This document shows positions 37,953 to 38,382 of a stretch of DNA of 38,382 bases, piece after piece. Position 1 is the first letter of the stretch; each line of letters starts with the position of its first letter. The position numbers and the translations under genes were made by a program. Source of the stretch: Clostridia bacterium (GTDB taxonomy: Bacteria > Bacillota > Clostridia > RGIG6154); the NCBI GenBank assembly GCA_045589295.1, contig JAZNOU010000019.1, forward strand, positions 1 through 38,382, in the 5' to 3' direction. The notes beneath the pieces are model-generated. The model saw nothing but the letters and a program-made list of their open reading frames with translations, searched no databases and had not been told where the DNA came from.

Positions 37953-38382
37953 TAAATATCCACCCGCATAGCGGGTGGTTTTTCATTTTCGGGCATAGCC
38001 CTAATACTACTGGCGACGCACAAGTGCGTTTTTTATTGACCTGCCAGTCATGCAACCGTTACTTACTACCCATAAATGGGTCCCGCGGGTCGAACAAACT
38101 TATTTGGTCGCTCTCCTTATCTCTTTTCAGCTGTTCTGCTATATATTTCTTTATCGCTTTCGTATTCTTCCCCGCGGTATCAACGTAATATCCCTTACAC
38201 CAAAACTCGCGATTTCGGTAAGCAAATTTCATATTGCCCATCTTTGAAATATAAGTAATGCGCTTTTACCTTTCAAATATCCCATAAAACCCGAAACGCT
38301 CATTTTGGGCGGGATACAAACAAGCATATGAATGTGGTCTGGACATACTTCTCCTTCTACGATTTCTACGCCTTTCCATTGA
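37953..38382 (-). mobile_element. Right part of an IS200/IS605-family (tnpA-only) element, running off the right edge
   Basis: tnpA 3' part plus subterminal hairpin ccacccgc-ata-gcgggtgg (37960-37978). No tnpB between tnpA and the end. Boundary approximate. Confidence 0.88.
38059..38382 (-). pseudogene. tnpA: IS200 Y1 transposase, 5'-truncated by the window and frameshifted
   Basis: Frame from 38381 reads QWKGVEIVEGEVCPDHIHMLVCIPPKMSVSGFMGYLKGKSALLIFQRW (HUH motif), then hits TGA at 38231-38229. The continuation GNMKFAYRNREFWCKGYYVDT...IKKYI is in another frame. Confidence 0.88.

Noticed and set aside
37753-38258. ORFs 37753-38055, 37922-38188, 38050-38247 and 38076-38258
   Set aside because: They overlap the tRNA, terminator and IS end, or are antisense to tnpA, and show no protein features.
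1-38382. CRISPR array, defence island, tnpB/IscB, retron or other RT system
   Set aside because: No repeat-spacer array and no nuclease, reverse transcriptase or defence-like ORFs. Nearly all coding space is explained by core genes.

Overview
A low-GC chromosomal segment from an endospore-forming, anaerobic Clostridia-like bacterium, made up mostly of core genes. It holds rubrerythrin, sporulation genes (spoIVA, ftsK/spoIIIE, a small acid-soluble spore protein, an amidase, spoIID-spoIIGA-sigE), comM-murG-pth-mfd, and citrate synthase-rluB-rpiR-HI0933-cmk-plsC-ispH/rpsA fusion. These are followed by ahcY-lon-engB-membrane protein-hisS, a DRTGG gene plus an electron-bifurcating [FeFe]-hydrogenase operon with an embedded HATPase gene, rpmE, a XerC-like recombinase and two tRNA-Arg genes. 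Both edges run into IS200-type (tnpA-only) sequence in the same orientation: the left end and start codon at the left edge, and a frameshifted 3' part with the right end at the right edge. I cannot support a wholly new multi-gene system. The best leads are: (1) a perfect 12-nt complementarity between the IS200 5' leader loop and 3' trailer, with a competing local fold; (2) a loxP/dif-like palindrome over the promoter of the Xer recombinase; (3) an internal translation start that would make free S1 from the ispH-rpsA fusion; (4) an HxExK-type AhcY; (5) an eroded hydrogenase regulatory module with a possible PHP gene scar; (6) a spoIID-spoIIG arrangement lacking sigG.
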